Below, piece after piece: positions 19,001 through 27,270 of a stretch of DNA of 29,782 bases (position 1 is its first letter; each line of letters starts with the position of its first letter). Origin of the DNA: a virus (taxonomy: Duplodnaviria; Caudoviricetes). The position numbers were made by a program, and so were the translations under genes. The stretch covers positions 1-29,782 of IMG/VR virus record IMGVR_UViG_3300016484_000161; one strand, given 5' to 3'. The notes under the pieces are model-generated. The model ran no database searches. It saw only the letters and a program-made list of their open reading frames with translations, and was not told the origin of the DNA.

Positions 19001-22000
19001 ACGAAGAACGCCAAAAGCGAGAGGAGCAGGAGGATCAGGAGGACGAGCTAGACGCTGAAGAACAGCTGAAAAGGGACGAACTCGCAGAAAGGAAACTGCA
19101 GAAGAAGCTGCAGAAAAAGCGGGACGAAGAAGACGAAGACGTTCTCCGCGACCTTCCTGACTTCGATTACACCGAACCTGATCGTGAACTGGATTACTCC
19201 AAAGGCGAAGTTACCAAGGAAGCGCATACCCCTGAGTCACTGGCAAAGCATCTGGCTGATACGTACGGTGCCCGTAAGCCGGCGGTTGAGATCACGACCC
19301 GGGCGCAGGCCGGTGTCGACGCCAGAACCAAAGCTTTCTATGACCCCAAGACCAAGAAGGTCCACATCATTGCGGACAATCTGGATAAGGGCGACAACGT
19401 ACATGGGCTGCTCAAACATGAGATCGGTGTCCACGCGCAGAAGCTGGGTGTAAAAGACCCTGAGTTCCAAGGCATCCTCAAACACATGCAAGGGATGCGC
19501 GACAAGGGTATTCAAGTGGTACGCGAAGCGTATGCCAAGGTGCCGGAAGGAACGCGCCCGGAGCGCGTCCACGAGGAGGCTCTTGGCTATCTGGTTGAGC
19601 ACCACCCGCACCTTCCTTTGGTCCGACGTTTCATGTCGTGGCTGCGCCGTATGGCGCACAAGCTGACTGGCAACGCAGGGTGGCTTAAGCCAGAGGATCT
19701 GTCTCACATGGCTCATCGTATTCTCAAGAAGGACTACGGTGTTGAGTCACGCCCGGAGCGCCGCGACGTTCAAGCAGAAAAGCTGCGGTCTGCAAGCGAT
19801 GACAACGTAAGAGCCATCCGAGCTACTGGGATTACCAAAACTGAGAAGCCGCTGACCTACCGGGAGACTGCTGAAAAAGTAGCCGAGGTAGCCAAGACTT
19901 CCTACGCCAAACGGCGCGGCGAGTACATCGACGCTACGGACCCTCTGACCCAAGCTCTGCAGAAGCTCGATCGGTTTGATAAGAACCTTGGTAAGCTGCG
20001 CGCCGACCTCATTGCGGCTGAAGCAAATCAGTCTGTAGGGCTGGTAGCTCATGCGATCGAAAATGGCATTCCGGTGATCAATAAGTCGGGCTCCATGATG
20101 GTGACGCCCGGCGCGAACCTAAAAAATGCCGTTGAGTTTGCCCGCAGTAAAGACAAGAACGGCGAGGAGCTGCTGTCTTGGGTACTCCGTGTGAACATTG
20201 GTGAGCACCGTTTGGAAGAGCACGCGCAGGACATACAAGACCTGAAACGCATCGCGCGAGAAATCCTCGAGCTCAAAGGCGCGGTCAAGTTCCACGACAA
20301 ACTGGGGCAGAACAAGGAGCGCAAGCTGGCTGAAAAAGCTCTGGCCAGCAAAGAGTCTGCGTACAAGACCATCATCCGCGAGCGGAACATCGACCCCGAG
20401 ACCCTTGAGGGTCGAGAAAAAGTGGTCAATGCCGACATGATTGCGCTTCGAGACAAGCTCATGAAGGACCACCCGTGGCTCAAAGAAGCCACACAGGAGG
20501 TCTACGACGCAATGGATGGACTGGTCGACTTCCAGCTTCAGTCAGGCATGATTGACAAGCTCACGGCTGATAAATGGAAAGCTGCGCCCTACGTGCCGCT
20601 ATACAAGTCGCTGACTGATCTGGAGAAGGACCCCAACTTCAGCAAGCTGTTCCCTCGTTCCGCAGAAGCTATTTCACAAGTCAAGCAGATCAAGGGTTAC
20701 AAGCACGCTGTCAATATGCTGGAGAACCTCCACAAGCACTACTACGGCATGATGCTTCCGGCTGTGTTTAACCATGTGCGTAGAGAGTCCATGAGCCAGA
20801 TGCTCCATCTGGATGCTCTGAACCGTATGAATGAGAGGCCTGAGCTGAGCTATGAAAAGGCGCTACGCAAAGCAACCGAAGCTGTAGAGACTAAACACTC
20901 TGGGCCTAACACCATGAAGGTGCTGGACAACGGCGAAGAGAAGCACTACAAGATTGAGGACCCTGACCTCCTTCAGATGTTTGCTTTCAACCGCCCTGAG
21001 ATTCGTGGGTTCTTCGAACTTGCGCGACCGTTCACTGCCGTACAGCGAACAGCTTTCCTCAAGAACCCTGCGTTCTGGGGCACACAGCTCTTCCTCGATC
21101 CTCTCTACGCTAACCTTACAGCCGGGGCCAAGTCTCTGATCCATCCGGGTCACGCACTGGTCAACCTCGTCAAAATCTGGGCGGGTAAGAGTGAAGGAGC
21201 GAAAGCCCTAGAACGGCACGGTGTAGACATCGGGTATCAGGCCTATGCTGGCAAGAAGTCACTCTCGTTTGAGCGTACGGGCGAAGCCACTCAGTTCCAT
21301 GAGCTGTTTGGTAAGAGGTCTGCATTCCGCAAAGCGATGAACGTGCTCGACCGTGTACATAACTCGATCGACGAAGCCACGCGAGTCTCTGTCTACAACG
21401 CCGTAAAGAAAGACGGTAAGAAGATGGGGCTTACGGGCCAAGAGCTGGAAGACTACGCGGTACATCGTGCCCGCACCTATATGAACTTCGCTGCCCGCGG
21501 ACGGAATCAGCTCCTAAACGAATACCGATCTGTAACGGCGTTTTCCAGCGCGGCAATCAATGGCGCGGATGCCCTGATGAAGAACGCAAAGGGTTATGGG
21601 CTGAATGAGAAGGAAGCCGCTGAGGTCAAGCGTATTTTCCGCAACCGCTTAGTAACAGGTGTTGCCCTCGGCATGGGTCTTTCTCTGGCTCAGCTTAATG
21701 CGAGTAGTGACAAGCAGGAAGGCGATCTGTTCGATCAGCTAACTTCCATCGACACAGGTATGGGATTCAAAGTGCCAATGAAGTGGGACGTCGGCGCGCT
21801 CATCTACGGCCTACCCAAAGTCTTTGTGATGACCACCCTGTTAGACGCGTCTAACCCGAACTCACTGACGGCAAGCCAAGGCGTGAAAGCGGCGCTGGAG
21901 CTGATTCGAAAGAATATGCTACCCCCAATGCACTTGCCTGACGCGATCAATCCGATCTTTGAGGCAGGAACCAACTTTGACTGGGACTCTCTGGAGCCCC

Positions 22001-22587
22001 TTGAGTCCGCTGGAGCCATGCGTTATTCGGCTGATGCTAGAGGCCGGTCCAGCACTTTCTTGGGTGAGTTCTTCGGCAATCTGTTTGGGTCTTCTGGCAA
22101 AGTCGCTGACCACGTAGGTCGAAGCTATCTGGGTAAGTTCTATGACTACACGAACTCAATAGCCGACATGATGACGGGGCGCATGGAGGGTATGCCCGGA
22201 GCGGATAAGGGTTTGGTTAAGGCTGTCGCCGGACCGTTCTACAAGGACGAAGATAAGGTTACTGGTGCAGACAGAATCTACACCGCAGACGAGATAGCCG
22301 GCCAAGAGGTAGCCAGCTTCAACAAGTTCAAGACTTCAAACAAGGAGAAGTTCGAGGAGTTCAAGAACGACCCCAAGCGTATGGCCTACCGTCGCGCGGC
22401 TCCGGCCTTGAGAAATGCCCGAGAAAGGCTAAGTGCCTACGAGAAGCAAATCTCCATCGTAATGGACTCGAAGATGCCCAAGGAAGCCAAGGAAGCACGC
22501 ATTCGACAGATCAACGAGAACAAGAGAAAAGCGATTGAGCAGGGCAACGCCACGGTAAAGAGACTCTTGGGGGACTACGCCCCCTGA
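16072..22587 (+). CDS. Giant polyvalent virion protein (2171 aa): N-terminal SLT lytic transglycosylase, HTH-like motifs, zincin-like motif, LPD38-like C-terminus
   Basis: AAGGA SD. SLT motifs TESSFNP, AKGMFQ, AAYNAGEG and TQDYV; HEIGVH...EEALGYLVE; C-terminal MNFAARG...F.SAAING.D resembling large polyvalent protein domain 38 (recalled, not searched). Confidence 0.85.
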   Translation: MATSTGSRALDFALGIGAYAPQYDLPEEAPQEGGIASALPSRGGPPSKNAEAYAPLIKEAAARHKIPYELLMGIAQTESSFNPAAIGPKTKYGTAKGMFQMIDSTARRYGVQDQFDPAQEADGAARYLSDLMKRYNGNAELAAAAYNAGEGNVDKYLSGRAPLPAQTQDYVPKVLGHAAQFGASPLAQAPQSRQPSNPIVPPPEGMQAVWLSNDTQLNAPAGLTLQQIHEKIQMNHPELENVVPTRIMQTGEQTFNVPYNMQDDEAMHHLVNQGLMKDPTEGKGGRGWNNLVSGLERSIGNAALAMGNPEMAQQFYDKAKAGEYQMYESEVEAAKRKGFLPGLKAEAMQNLVYPGMEMLGEFAPAMIPVGGVAGTAAKIAAMVPSSTGSIMQYAKERGVDLTPTEALREGIPLAAVSTVGLPLKGLGLGAGAVEKGLLRRTAEAGATNFAKNVAAMGTMEGLHKEAAGEPVLPQTPEEMARLAESAAWFAGPHALLEGAMPRERPEAPEVAQREPVRTPERVSEVVEPEVAGGPEVAPAVRTELQNIGEMYGRHVMEAEARGEPPMSPEEFMAQYKPEPVVQEEIKDELAPGDIEAAPSSAPVQPSPFVRKAQERKNAQQEPSTGAPDGGSSAQPGFREEGRDQAVGGQGVEPSGQGIKAPEIKVPEKKVATGKPPTTELAPLQERDFTPEEVQQIHAWQDEGISHRDIAKKLKIPYFNYLVKAGKVRAGEGDLGSVIKPGTMKEGEYATHAELEKLPEKDQLSYLQLMGKTKEEMGERLKLSEEEVTNKLQEYGLPDTEAELQRKMSEEKKKAIEADIEHRAQFREEEPAPVLSEGSIDRARAKNERSTVVFDRSSKRDLIKSRSTIRRRAEAKKAGTMEEVVPRAWPEIEADLTSTFNDLQRLREEKAPITESLELNQHLDFLRAEAAKGGFHNEHALWEQKQRAAEAAPKKKLNIDEQEVEQREAEEEAKKKADEERQKREEQEDQEDELDAEEQLKRDELAERKLQKKLQKKRDEEDEDVLRDLPDFDYTEPDRELDYSKGEVTKEAHTPESLAKHLADTYGARKPAVEITTRAQAGVDARTKAFYDPKTKKVHIIADNLDKGDNVHGLLKHEIGVHAQKLGVKDPEFQGILKHMQGMRDKGIQVVREAYAKVPEGTRPERVHEEALGYLVEHHPHLPLVRRFMSWLRRMAHKLTGNAGWLKPEDLSHMAHRILKKDYGVESRPERRDVQAEKLRSASDDNVRAIRATGITKTEKPLTYRETAEKVAEVAKTSYAKRRGEYIDATDPLTQALQKLDRFDKNLGKLRADLIAAEANQSVGLVAHAIENGIPVINKSGSMMVTPGANLKNAVEFARSKDKNGEELLSWVLRVNIGEHRLEEHAQDIQDLKRIAREILELKGAVKFHDKLGQNKERKLAEKALASKESAYKTIIRERNIDPETLEGREKVVNADMIALRDKLMKDHPWLKEATQEVYDAMDGLVDFQLQSGMIDKLTADKWKAAPYVPLYKSLTDLEKDPNFSKLFPRSAEAISQVKQIKGYKHAVNMLENLHKHYYGMMLPAVFNHVRRESMSQMLHLDALNRMNERPELSYEKALRKATEAVETKHSGPNTMKVLDNGEEKHYKIEDPDLLQMFAFNRPEIRGFFELARPFTAVQRTAFLKNPAFWGTQLFLDPLYANLTAGAKSLIHPGHALVNLVKIWAGKSEGAKALERHGVDIGYQAYAGKKSLSFERTGEATQFHELFGKRSAFRKAMNVLDRVHNSIDEATRVSVYNAVKKDGKKMGLTGQELEDYAVHRARTYMNFAARGRNQLLNEYRSVTAFSSAAINGADALMKNAKGYGLNEKEAAEVKRIFRNRLVTGVALGMGLSLAQLNASSDKQEGDLFDQLTSIDTGMGFKVPMKWDVGALIYGLPKVFVMTTLLDASNPNSLTASQGVKAALELIRKNMLPPMHLPDAINPIFEAGTNFDWDSLEPLESAGAMRYSADARGRSSTFLGEFFGNLFGSSGKVADHVGRSYLGKFYDYTNSIADMMTGRMEGMPGADKGLVKAVAGPFYKDEDKVTGADRIYTADEIAGQEVASFNKFKTSNKEKFEEFKNDPKRMAYRRAAPALRNARERLSAYEKQISIVMDSKMPKEAKEARIRQINENKRKAIEQGNATVKRLLGDYAP
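17921..18082 (+). CDS. Nested out-of-frame small basic phage protein (53 aa, MPSKSPAQARLMAAAAHNPAFAKKVGIKQSVAKEW...)
   Basis: AGGAG at 17909-17913, 7-nt spacer, ATG at 17921, TAG ending at 18082; +1 frame relative to the 2171-aa gene. Resembles a small phage protein family I recall as stand-alone genes. Confidence 0.72.
   Translation: MPSKSPAQARLMAAAAHNPAFAKKVGIKQSVAKEWNQADKGSKLLKSKSRKRK
21840..21855. repeat. Perfect 16-bp palindrome GTTAGACGCGTCTAAC
   Basis: Read directly; same TTAGAC/GTCTAA half-sites as the 20-bp repeat, with a 2-nt spacer. Confidence 0.75.
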
Positions 22588-22592
22588 GTCTC
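22560..22592. terminator. Hairpin at the convergent gene junction, possible (bidirectional) terminator or pause site
   Basis: GAGACTC-TT-GGGGG-ACTACG-CCCCC-T-GAGTCTC; only a short UUUA tail on the - strand and none on +. Confidence 0.45.
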
Positions 22593-25553
22593 CGGGTCCC
22601 ATTCCCTAGTATGTCGGAACACGATGCAGTTCACTCTCATGGGTGGCAGGTCGGTTCCGGCAGCTAGGTCATAGGGCTTCATGCCGATATACAAATCTTT
22701 TTCTTTCAATGAGCGTATAGTCTCCTCGACTGATACTCTCTCAACAGTGCAGAACTCAAGCCACTGTTTTTCGGCCACCGCGGCAACTCCGGTGGCCTTT
22801 TCGTATCTGGCCCATACGTCACCATGCGGCATACGGTAGTAGCCCTTGTTCATGACGCTCTTCTTTTCTTCTTCAGACCCATCCACCACAATCATGTGGC
22901 CGGACATACTGCTCAGAAGCGTACCCATAACGACAGAGGCTTCGCGGATCTTTTCATTGTGGACCTTGTTCTCGATCTTAAAGTCAGACCTCAGTCCTAC
23001 GGTGTGATTCGTCACCCGCTCAACGTCAATGTCGTGGAGTCCAAGTTCTCGGGCAATCTCCCCCGCCGTGATAGCGGTGGCGATCATAGCGGAATGGAAC
23101 CGATCGGGGCCATCAGCCCCAATTAGACGGTCTAACTCGATGCGCTTCTGCTTCAAGCGGTGCTCTACAAGCTGGAGATTCTGGATCACGTACTGCATGA
23201 AAATCTCACCCGCTATGCCGTAGTTGTAGGGCAGCGTGTCGTGGAACAGAAGGTCAGCCTCCTCTTTCGTCAGGTTATTGTCCTTGGGGATGAACAGCTC
23301 CATGATCCGCATCCGCTCCCCATCGGCATGGGCTTTGAACGCCTTGAGAATGTCGATGAGGCTATTGTTCCCAGAAGTTACACCCAGAGTCTCCCACCCT
23401 GATTCGTTGCGCCTCTCCGCATTGACGTGCGCTTGCATACGATTCCTCTCCCGGTTATTGGAGAAGTTGAGGACGAAGTTACTGAGCTTGTCAGCCTCGA
23501 TGTTGGTCAGTTCGTCCACGCACACCGGCAGGTTACATAGGCTTGCCATGCGGCTTTGAATCGCCAGAACTGTGTCGTTGAGACTCAGCATGGTCCGTGT
23601 CGGGTGCCCCCAGATGCTGTTGATGCACATCTGAATGGTTGACTTGCCCACGCCCGAAGCTGGATTGGTCAGGTGGAGTAGGGCACTTCCGATGTTGAGT
23701 AGCGAGTACAGGGGCGCACCGAACCCAATAAACAGCGCAAACGCACGGACCTCATTGCCCGGGTTGTTGTAGGTATTGATGACGGACTTCCATTTATCCA
23801 GCGTCCCCTCTTTGTTGTAGTAGGTGTAGAGCGTCTCAAGGTTCTTGCACACCGGGGAGAATTCGATCAGGCCCTGCTGGTTGATCTCGCGCTTGCCGAT
23901 CAGGAACTTGGTCCTCTCGTCGTGCCACCCAAAGCTGTCTCGGGCCTTGAGCTGGTTCCTCTTGGTTTGGTCGTATTCCATAAATGCGTTCATGTAATTG
24001 ATGAGTAACTTACCCTTCGTGCCCACCACATGGATACTGTGCGACTGGAGATAAGAAAGAATCAGGTCCTGCTTGGCCAGCCACGCCGCCGGCACCACGA
24101 GTTCTTTGAGGCCATCGTTCGGAGTGAGGTGCATCCAATGCCCGACCGCGCCACCGCCTTTGCCGGCTTCCGAATGCAGATCCTCGACGCGCCGATGGAG
24201 CCAGAAGTCCCGCTGATAGATGATGGTGTCCTGTATCTCCTCCTCTTCGTCGGTCTTCTTCATCTTCTTGTCAGCGACCACACCACGGTAGATCACTCCA
24301 CCTGCCTTGGATCGGAAGTAGGGTGGCGGGTAGTCGTCTGGAATAGTGATGGTGATGGTCCCGCCAATGTCCTCGGCATGGGCCTCAATGATGTTGTCCT
24401 CTGGAGTAGCCTCGGCATAAATCTGGCTCAACTGGAGCGGGGACGCCATCGGCGTCGGTTTGTTGTAGTGCTCGCAGTGTTGGCATGGATCTGGGTCCTC
24501 CGCCCGGAAGAAAGCGCAGGTCGTTGGGTAGCCCTTGCGCTCGAATAGCTTCTTCACCGTGTCGTCGTAGTCATACCGCTCCTCATCCTTCTCTGATATT
24601 TCAACCGCCCACTTGATCTTCTCGTCATCCGTCCCATCACACTCCATGATGACGCCTAGGGCGCCTTTCCAGATCGGTTCATCGGTATGCGGTTGGTCCT
24701 CATAAGCGCGGCGAATTTGCTCGCACCCTTTACTCTGCGTGATAGTGATGGGCTCCATGAGCCCTGTCTCTGGATTTTTATACTGAGTCTTTACGGTATA
24801 CGTCTGTTGGCTACGTTGCAGAATATGCGGCCAGCTTCGAATGGTGGCTTCGCGCAGAATCTTTTGAATGCCCTGAATGTCTCCCGACCCGGGCGGGGGC
24901 GGGTTGTCCAAAAAGGTCTCTGCCTTCTTGAGCTTGATCAGAGCGGAGAAGTCCTCGACGCGGATAGCCTTTGGTGGCACAGCCAGCCGTACAGGTTTTG
25001 CATCCCCGTATTTGTAATTGGTGGTGCCGGGCACTCGCAGGAGGCGCACTACGTCATGGGTACACCCAGCGTCTATAACTAACCCGTTATCGCGCGCCAG
25101 TTTAACGAATGCCTTAGATAGTTCTGACTTCTCGTTGTATGAAATGTCTCTATCAAAGACGTAGTAGCAATGGAGTCCATATCCTGACAGAACAATGGCA
25201 GGTTTCGGTAGACCAGTATTTCGTAAGAAGTTGAATAGCTCAGTTCTAGCTGTGTCAAAAGACGTGTATTTCTTGGGGTGGGGTTCATCCTGCACGTCGA
25301 GTTCAAACTGAACGACCCTAGAAGCACAATAATTCTTAAGCTCTTTCTTGTCATTGGCGCCTCGCATAGATGCCGTACTAAAGTACGTATCGAGCCCCTC
25401 AGCACAAAGCTCGTTAGCGTAGGCGACAGCCTCGTCTACGTCTAGGAAATTACTGAATTTATTAGCACGCGGCGGATTGGCGTTTCCCCCCAGTCCTTGA
25501 ATGTGAATATATCCTTGTTGTGGACACACGAGGTCCATGAATTCTTTTTGCAT
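22575..25553 (-). CDS. Primase-helicase fusion (AEP/RepB-like primase, Cys-rich domain, DUF927-like region, P-loop helicase)
   Basis: FELD, SGYGLHCYY and RLLRVPGTTNYK primase motifs; C...C...CxxC; Walker A ASGVGKST and Walker B VCVDE. Probable start is ATG 25553. Confidence 0.85.
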   Translation of the reverse strand: MQKEFMDLVCPQQGYIHIQGLGGNANPPRANKFSNFLDVDEAVAYANELCAEGLDTYFSTASMRGANDKKELKNYCASRVVQFELDVQDEPHPKKYTSFDTARTELFNFLRNTGLPKPAIVLSGYGLHCYYVFDRDISYNEKSELSKAFVKLARDNGLVIDAGCTHDVVRLLRVPGTTNYKYGDAKPVRLAVPPKAIRVEDFSALIKLKKAETFLDNPPPPGSGDIQGIQKILREATIRSWPHILQRSQQTYTVKTQYKNPETGLMEPITITQSKGCEQIRRAYEDQPHTDEPIWKGALGVIMECDGTDDEKIKWAVEISEKDEERYDYDDTVKKLFERKGYPTTCAFFRAEDPDPCQHCEHYNKPTPMASPLQLSQIYAEATPEDNIIEAHAEDIGGTITITIPDDYPPPYFRSKAGGVIYRGVVADKKMKKTDEEEEIQDTIIYQRDFWLHRRVEDLHSEAGKGGGAVGHWMHLTPNDGLKELVVPAAWLAKQDLILSYLQSHSIHVVGTKGKLLINYMNAFMEYDQTKRNQLKARDSFGWHDERTKFLIGKREINQQGLIEFSPVCKNLETLYTYYNKEGTLDKWKSVINTYNNPGNEVRAFALFIGFGAPLYSLLNIGSALLHLTNPASGVGKSTIQMCINSIWGHPTRTMLSLNDTVLAIQSRMASLCNLPVCVDELTNIEADKLSNFVLNFSNNRERNRMQAHVNAERRNESGWETLGVTSGNNSLIDILKAFKAHADGERMRIMELFIPKDNNLTKEEADLLFHDTLPYNYGIAGEIFMQYVIQNLQLVEHRLKQKRIELDRLIGADGPDRFHSAMIATAITAGEIARELGLHDIDVERVTNHTVGLRSDFKIENKVHNEKIREASVVMGTLLSSMSGHMIVVDGSEEEKKSVMNKGYYRMPHGDVWARYEKATGVAAVAEKQWLEFCTVERVSVEETIRSLKEKDLYIGMKPYDLAAGTDLPPMRVNCIVFRHTREWDPETQGA
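23119..23138. repeat. 20-bp direct repeat copy 1, CCAATTAGACGGTCTAACTC (within the primase-helicase CDS)
   Basis: Identical to 25600-25619; palindromic core TTAGAC-G-GTCTAA. Confidence 0.85.
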
Positions 25554-25570
25554 AGCGACACCGCGAGGAG

Positions 25571-25590
25571 GGGGCACCCGGAGGTGCCCC
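25571..25590 (-). promoter_or_regulatory. GC-rich 8-bp hairpin with C(UCCG)G tetraloop in the primase leader
   Basis: Minus strand GGGGCACC-TCCG-GGTGCCCC, 17 nt upstream of the primase ATG; no U-tract on either strand. Confidence 0.6.
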
Positions 25591-25599
25591 GATACAAAG

Positions 25600-25619
25600 C
25601 CAATTAGACGGTCTAACTC
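25600..25619. repeat. 20-bp direct repeat copy 2 (intergenic, between the SSB-like and primase genes); candidate operator
   Basis: Identical to 23119-23138. Confidence 0.85.
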
Positions 25620-25625
25620 AGGGCT

Positions 25626-26576
25626 TTATACTTCCTCGCCCCACTCATCGAGCAGAGACGCCGCCTGAGCCATAGCACTTGAGGCCGGGGCAGGTGCGGG
25701 AGCGTCTTCTACTGGGGCGGGAGCCGGTTCGGGAGCTGGGGCAGGTGCGGGAGCAGCCTGAGCAGCAGGGCGGCTAGGCCGAGTGCGAGCAGGGGGAGCA
25801 GAAGGAGTGGGCTCAGCAGCAGGAGCAGCAGTAGAATCATCGCTAGGCTTGCGATAATTAAAGACAAGAGCATTCTGAGCCTCTTCGGTTTCACTCTTTT
25901 CAACGACGGTCCGCAGGTGTTCGGTCGGCACCCAGTCCTTACCAGAGAACCACAGAAGCGGAGTCGCTGAGTCAGAGTCGAAGCTGATGCGGGTGACAAC
26001 CCGGCGAGGATCTACTTTACGGCCATCCAGATAAGTGGAGTACCCGAGGAGGCCGCCGCGTCCCGTGCCTTGGTCATACTTGGTGAACAGAGACTGTGCC
26101 GGGATGGTCATCTCGAAAATGTCCCCGCCCTCGATGTTGTTCGCCAGAACGACAGCGATATTCGCCTTGGTCTGGCACGCCTTGGTTGTGCCCGTACCTG
26201 AGCCAGCGATGTTCTTTGGGCACTTCAAGCACGACGAAGACTGTGGGGCCACTGCATTCGGGTGCGGAACCTTGTTGTCGTTGGACCAGCAGTCTGGAGG
26301 AGACGTGTCTTTAGGATCGAACGCCTTGGAATAATACTGACGGAGAAAGTTCTCTGACGCACCCAGAATAACCACGTCGATATGGCTGTCCTTAGAGCCG
26401 ATTTCTTCGCCATTGATCTGCATACGGAACTTGTTGCCCCGAATAGAGATTCGACGAGAAGATCCCCCAGAGTTGCGCGCCAGATTGAAAAGCGAGCTAT
26501 TGCCCAGTGCGCCAGCTAGATCATCAGGTACAGCAGGTACGCCAGCGGGACCAGAAAAGATTGTTAAATTTGACAT
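25626..26576 (-). CDS. Putative single-stranded DNA-binding protein (Cys4 motif, Pro/Ala linker, acidic tail)
   Basis: Probable start ATG 26576. RISIRGNKFR, PDCWS, SCLKCPKN..GSG..KAC, APAPAP linker and LLDEWGEEV terminus; upstream of the primase. Confidence 0.6.
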   Translation of the reverse strand: MSNLTIFSGPAGVPAVPDDLAGALGNSSLFNLARNSGGSSRRISIRGNKFRMQINGEEIGSKDSHIDVVILGASENFLRQYYSKAFDPKDTSPPDCWSNDNKVPHPNAVAPQSSSCLKCPKNIAGSGTGTTKACQTKANIAVVLANNIEGGDIFEMTIPAQSLFTKYDQGTGRGGLLGYSTYLDGRKVDPRRVVTRISFDSDSATPLLWFSGKDWVPTEHLRTVVEKSETEEAQNALVFNYRKPSDDSTAAPAAEPTPSAPPARTRPSRPAAQAAPAPAPAPEPAPAPVEDAPAPAPASSAMAQAASLLDEWGEEV

Positions 26577-26577
26577 A

Positions 26578-26826
26578 CTATACTCTCTTATAAGTAGTAA
26601 GATTCTCACGCAGACGATAAACGTCCGTTATCTTGAACAGGACGCGTCCTGTTATGGGATTCTTGTATTTGGTCAGATGACCCTTTTCAATCATATACGT
26701 TAGCTTGTTTTTTGATACGCCAAGATAATCGCATACTTCTTTGAATGTTAAAGACGGGTGGCACTCTGATGGGGGCCGCTGATTATCGGCCCCGAGTTCT
26801 TCCCCGTCAACGCGCTCGTTGCTCAT
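26578..26826 (-). CDS. Helix-turn-helix (excisionase/MerR-like HTH_17) DNA-binding protein
   Basis: LTFKEVCDYLGVSKNKLTYMIEKGHL...GRVLF...DV; TAATG-coupled to the upstream gene. Confidence 0.8.
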   Translation of the reverse strand: MSNERVDGEELGADNQRPPSECHPSLTFKEVCDYLGVSKNKLTYMIEKGHLTKYKNPITGRVLFKITDVYRLRENLTTYKRV

Positions 26827-27227
26827 TAGGTCCCCTGTGCTCTCCGCACGGTGATTGCGTAAGCTGAGTCGAGACTGAGGCCAACCGGCTGTTTGTCAGG
26901 GTTCTCCTCGAGGAACTTCTTGATGTTCCCCTGATGGATTCTCTGCTCAAGCAGATACGGCGCATCCTCGGTCTTGATGAAGTCATACATCCCCTGCCAG
27001 TCCGTCGTCCAGTAACGAGTCTTGACTGTCCGGGTTGCGGTGCCGAACTTGGTCTTGATGCTGTCCCCACCGGCACCCTTGAGGATCTCAAGCAATGCGT
27101 TCTGGAAGGTATTCTGCTTCTCAAGAAGCTCTGCATCGGCAAGGTCAAATTGCTTCTTCAGTTCCGCTCTCTTGTCGCGGATCTTGATATAGGCTGAGAC
27201 AAGTTTCTCAGCAGTCACTTCGCTCAT
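26826..27227 (-). CDS. Phage replication-module protein with N-terminal coiled coil, function unknown
   Basis: GGAG SD and ATG 27227. KLVSAYIKIRD coiled coil, SIKTKFGT, DW..MYDFI, LLEQRI..FLEENP...P.GL. Confidence 0.7.
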   Translation of the reverse strand: MSEVTAEKLVSAYIKIRDKRAELKKQFDLADAELLEKQNTFQNALLEILKGAGGDSIKTKFGTATRTVKTRYWTTDWQGMYDFIKTEDAPYLLEQRIHQGNIKKFLEENPDKQPVGLSLDSAYAITVRRAQGT

Positions 27228-27270
27228 GGTCTTCTCCGGTAAAGGGGTGGTGGCCCACCCATGGGTACAT

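Noticed and set aside
25687-25754. 17-bp direct repeat GGGGCAGGTGCGGGAGC
   Set aside because: Explained by the APAPA low-complexity linker of the SSB-like protein.
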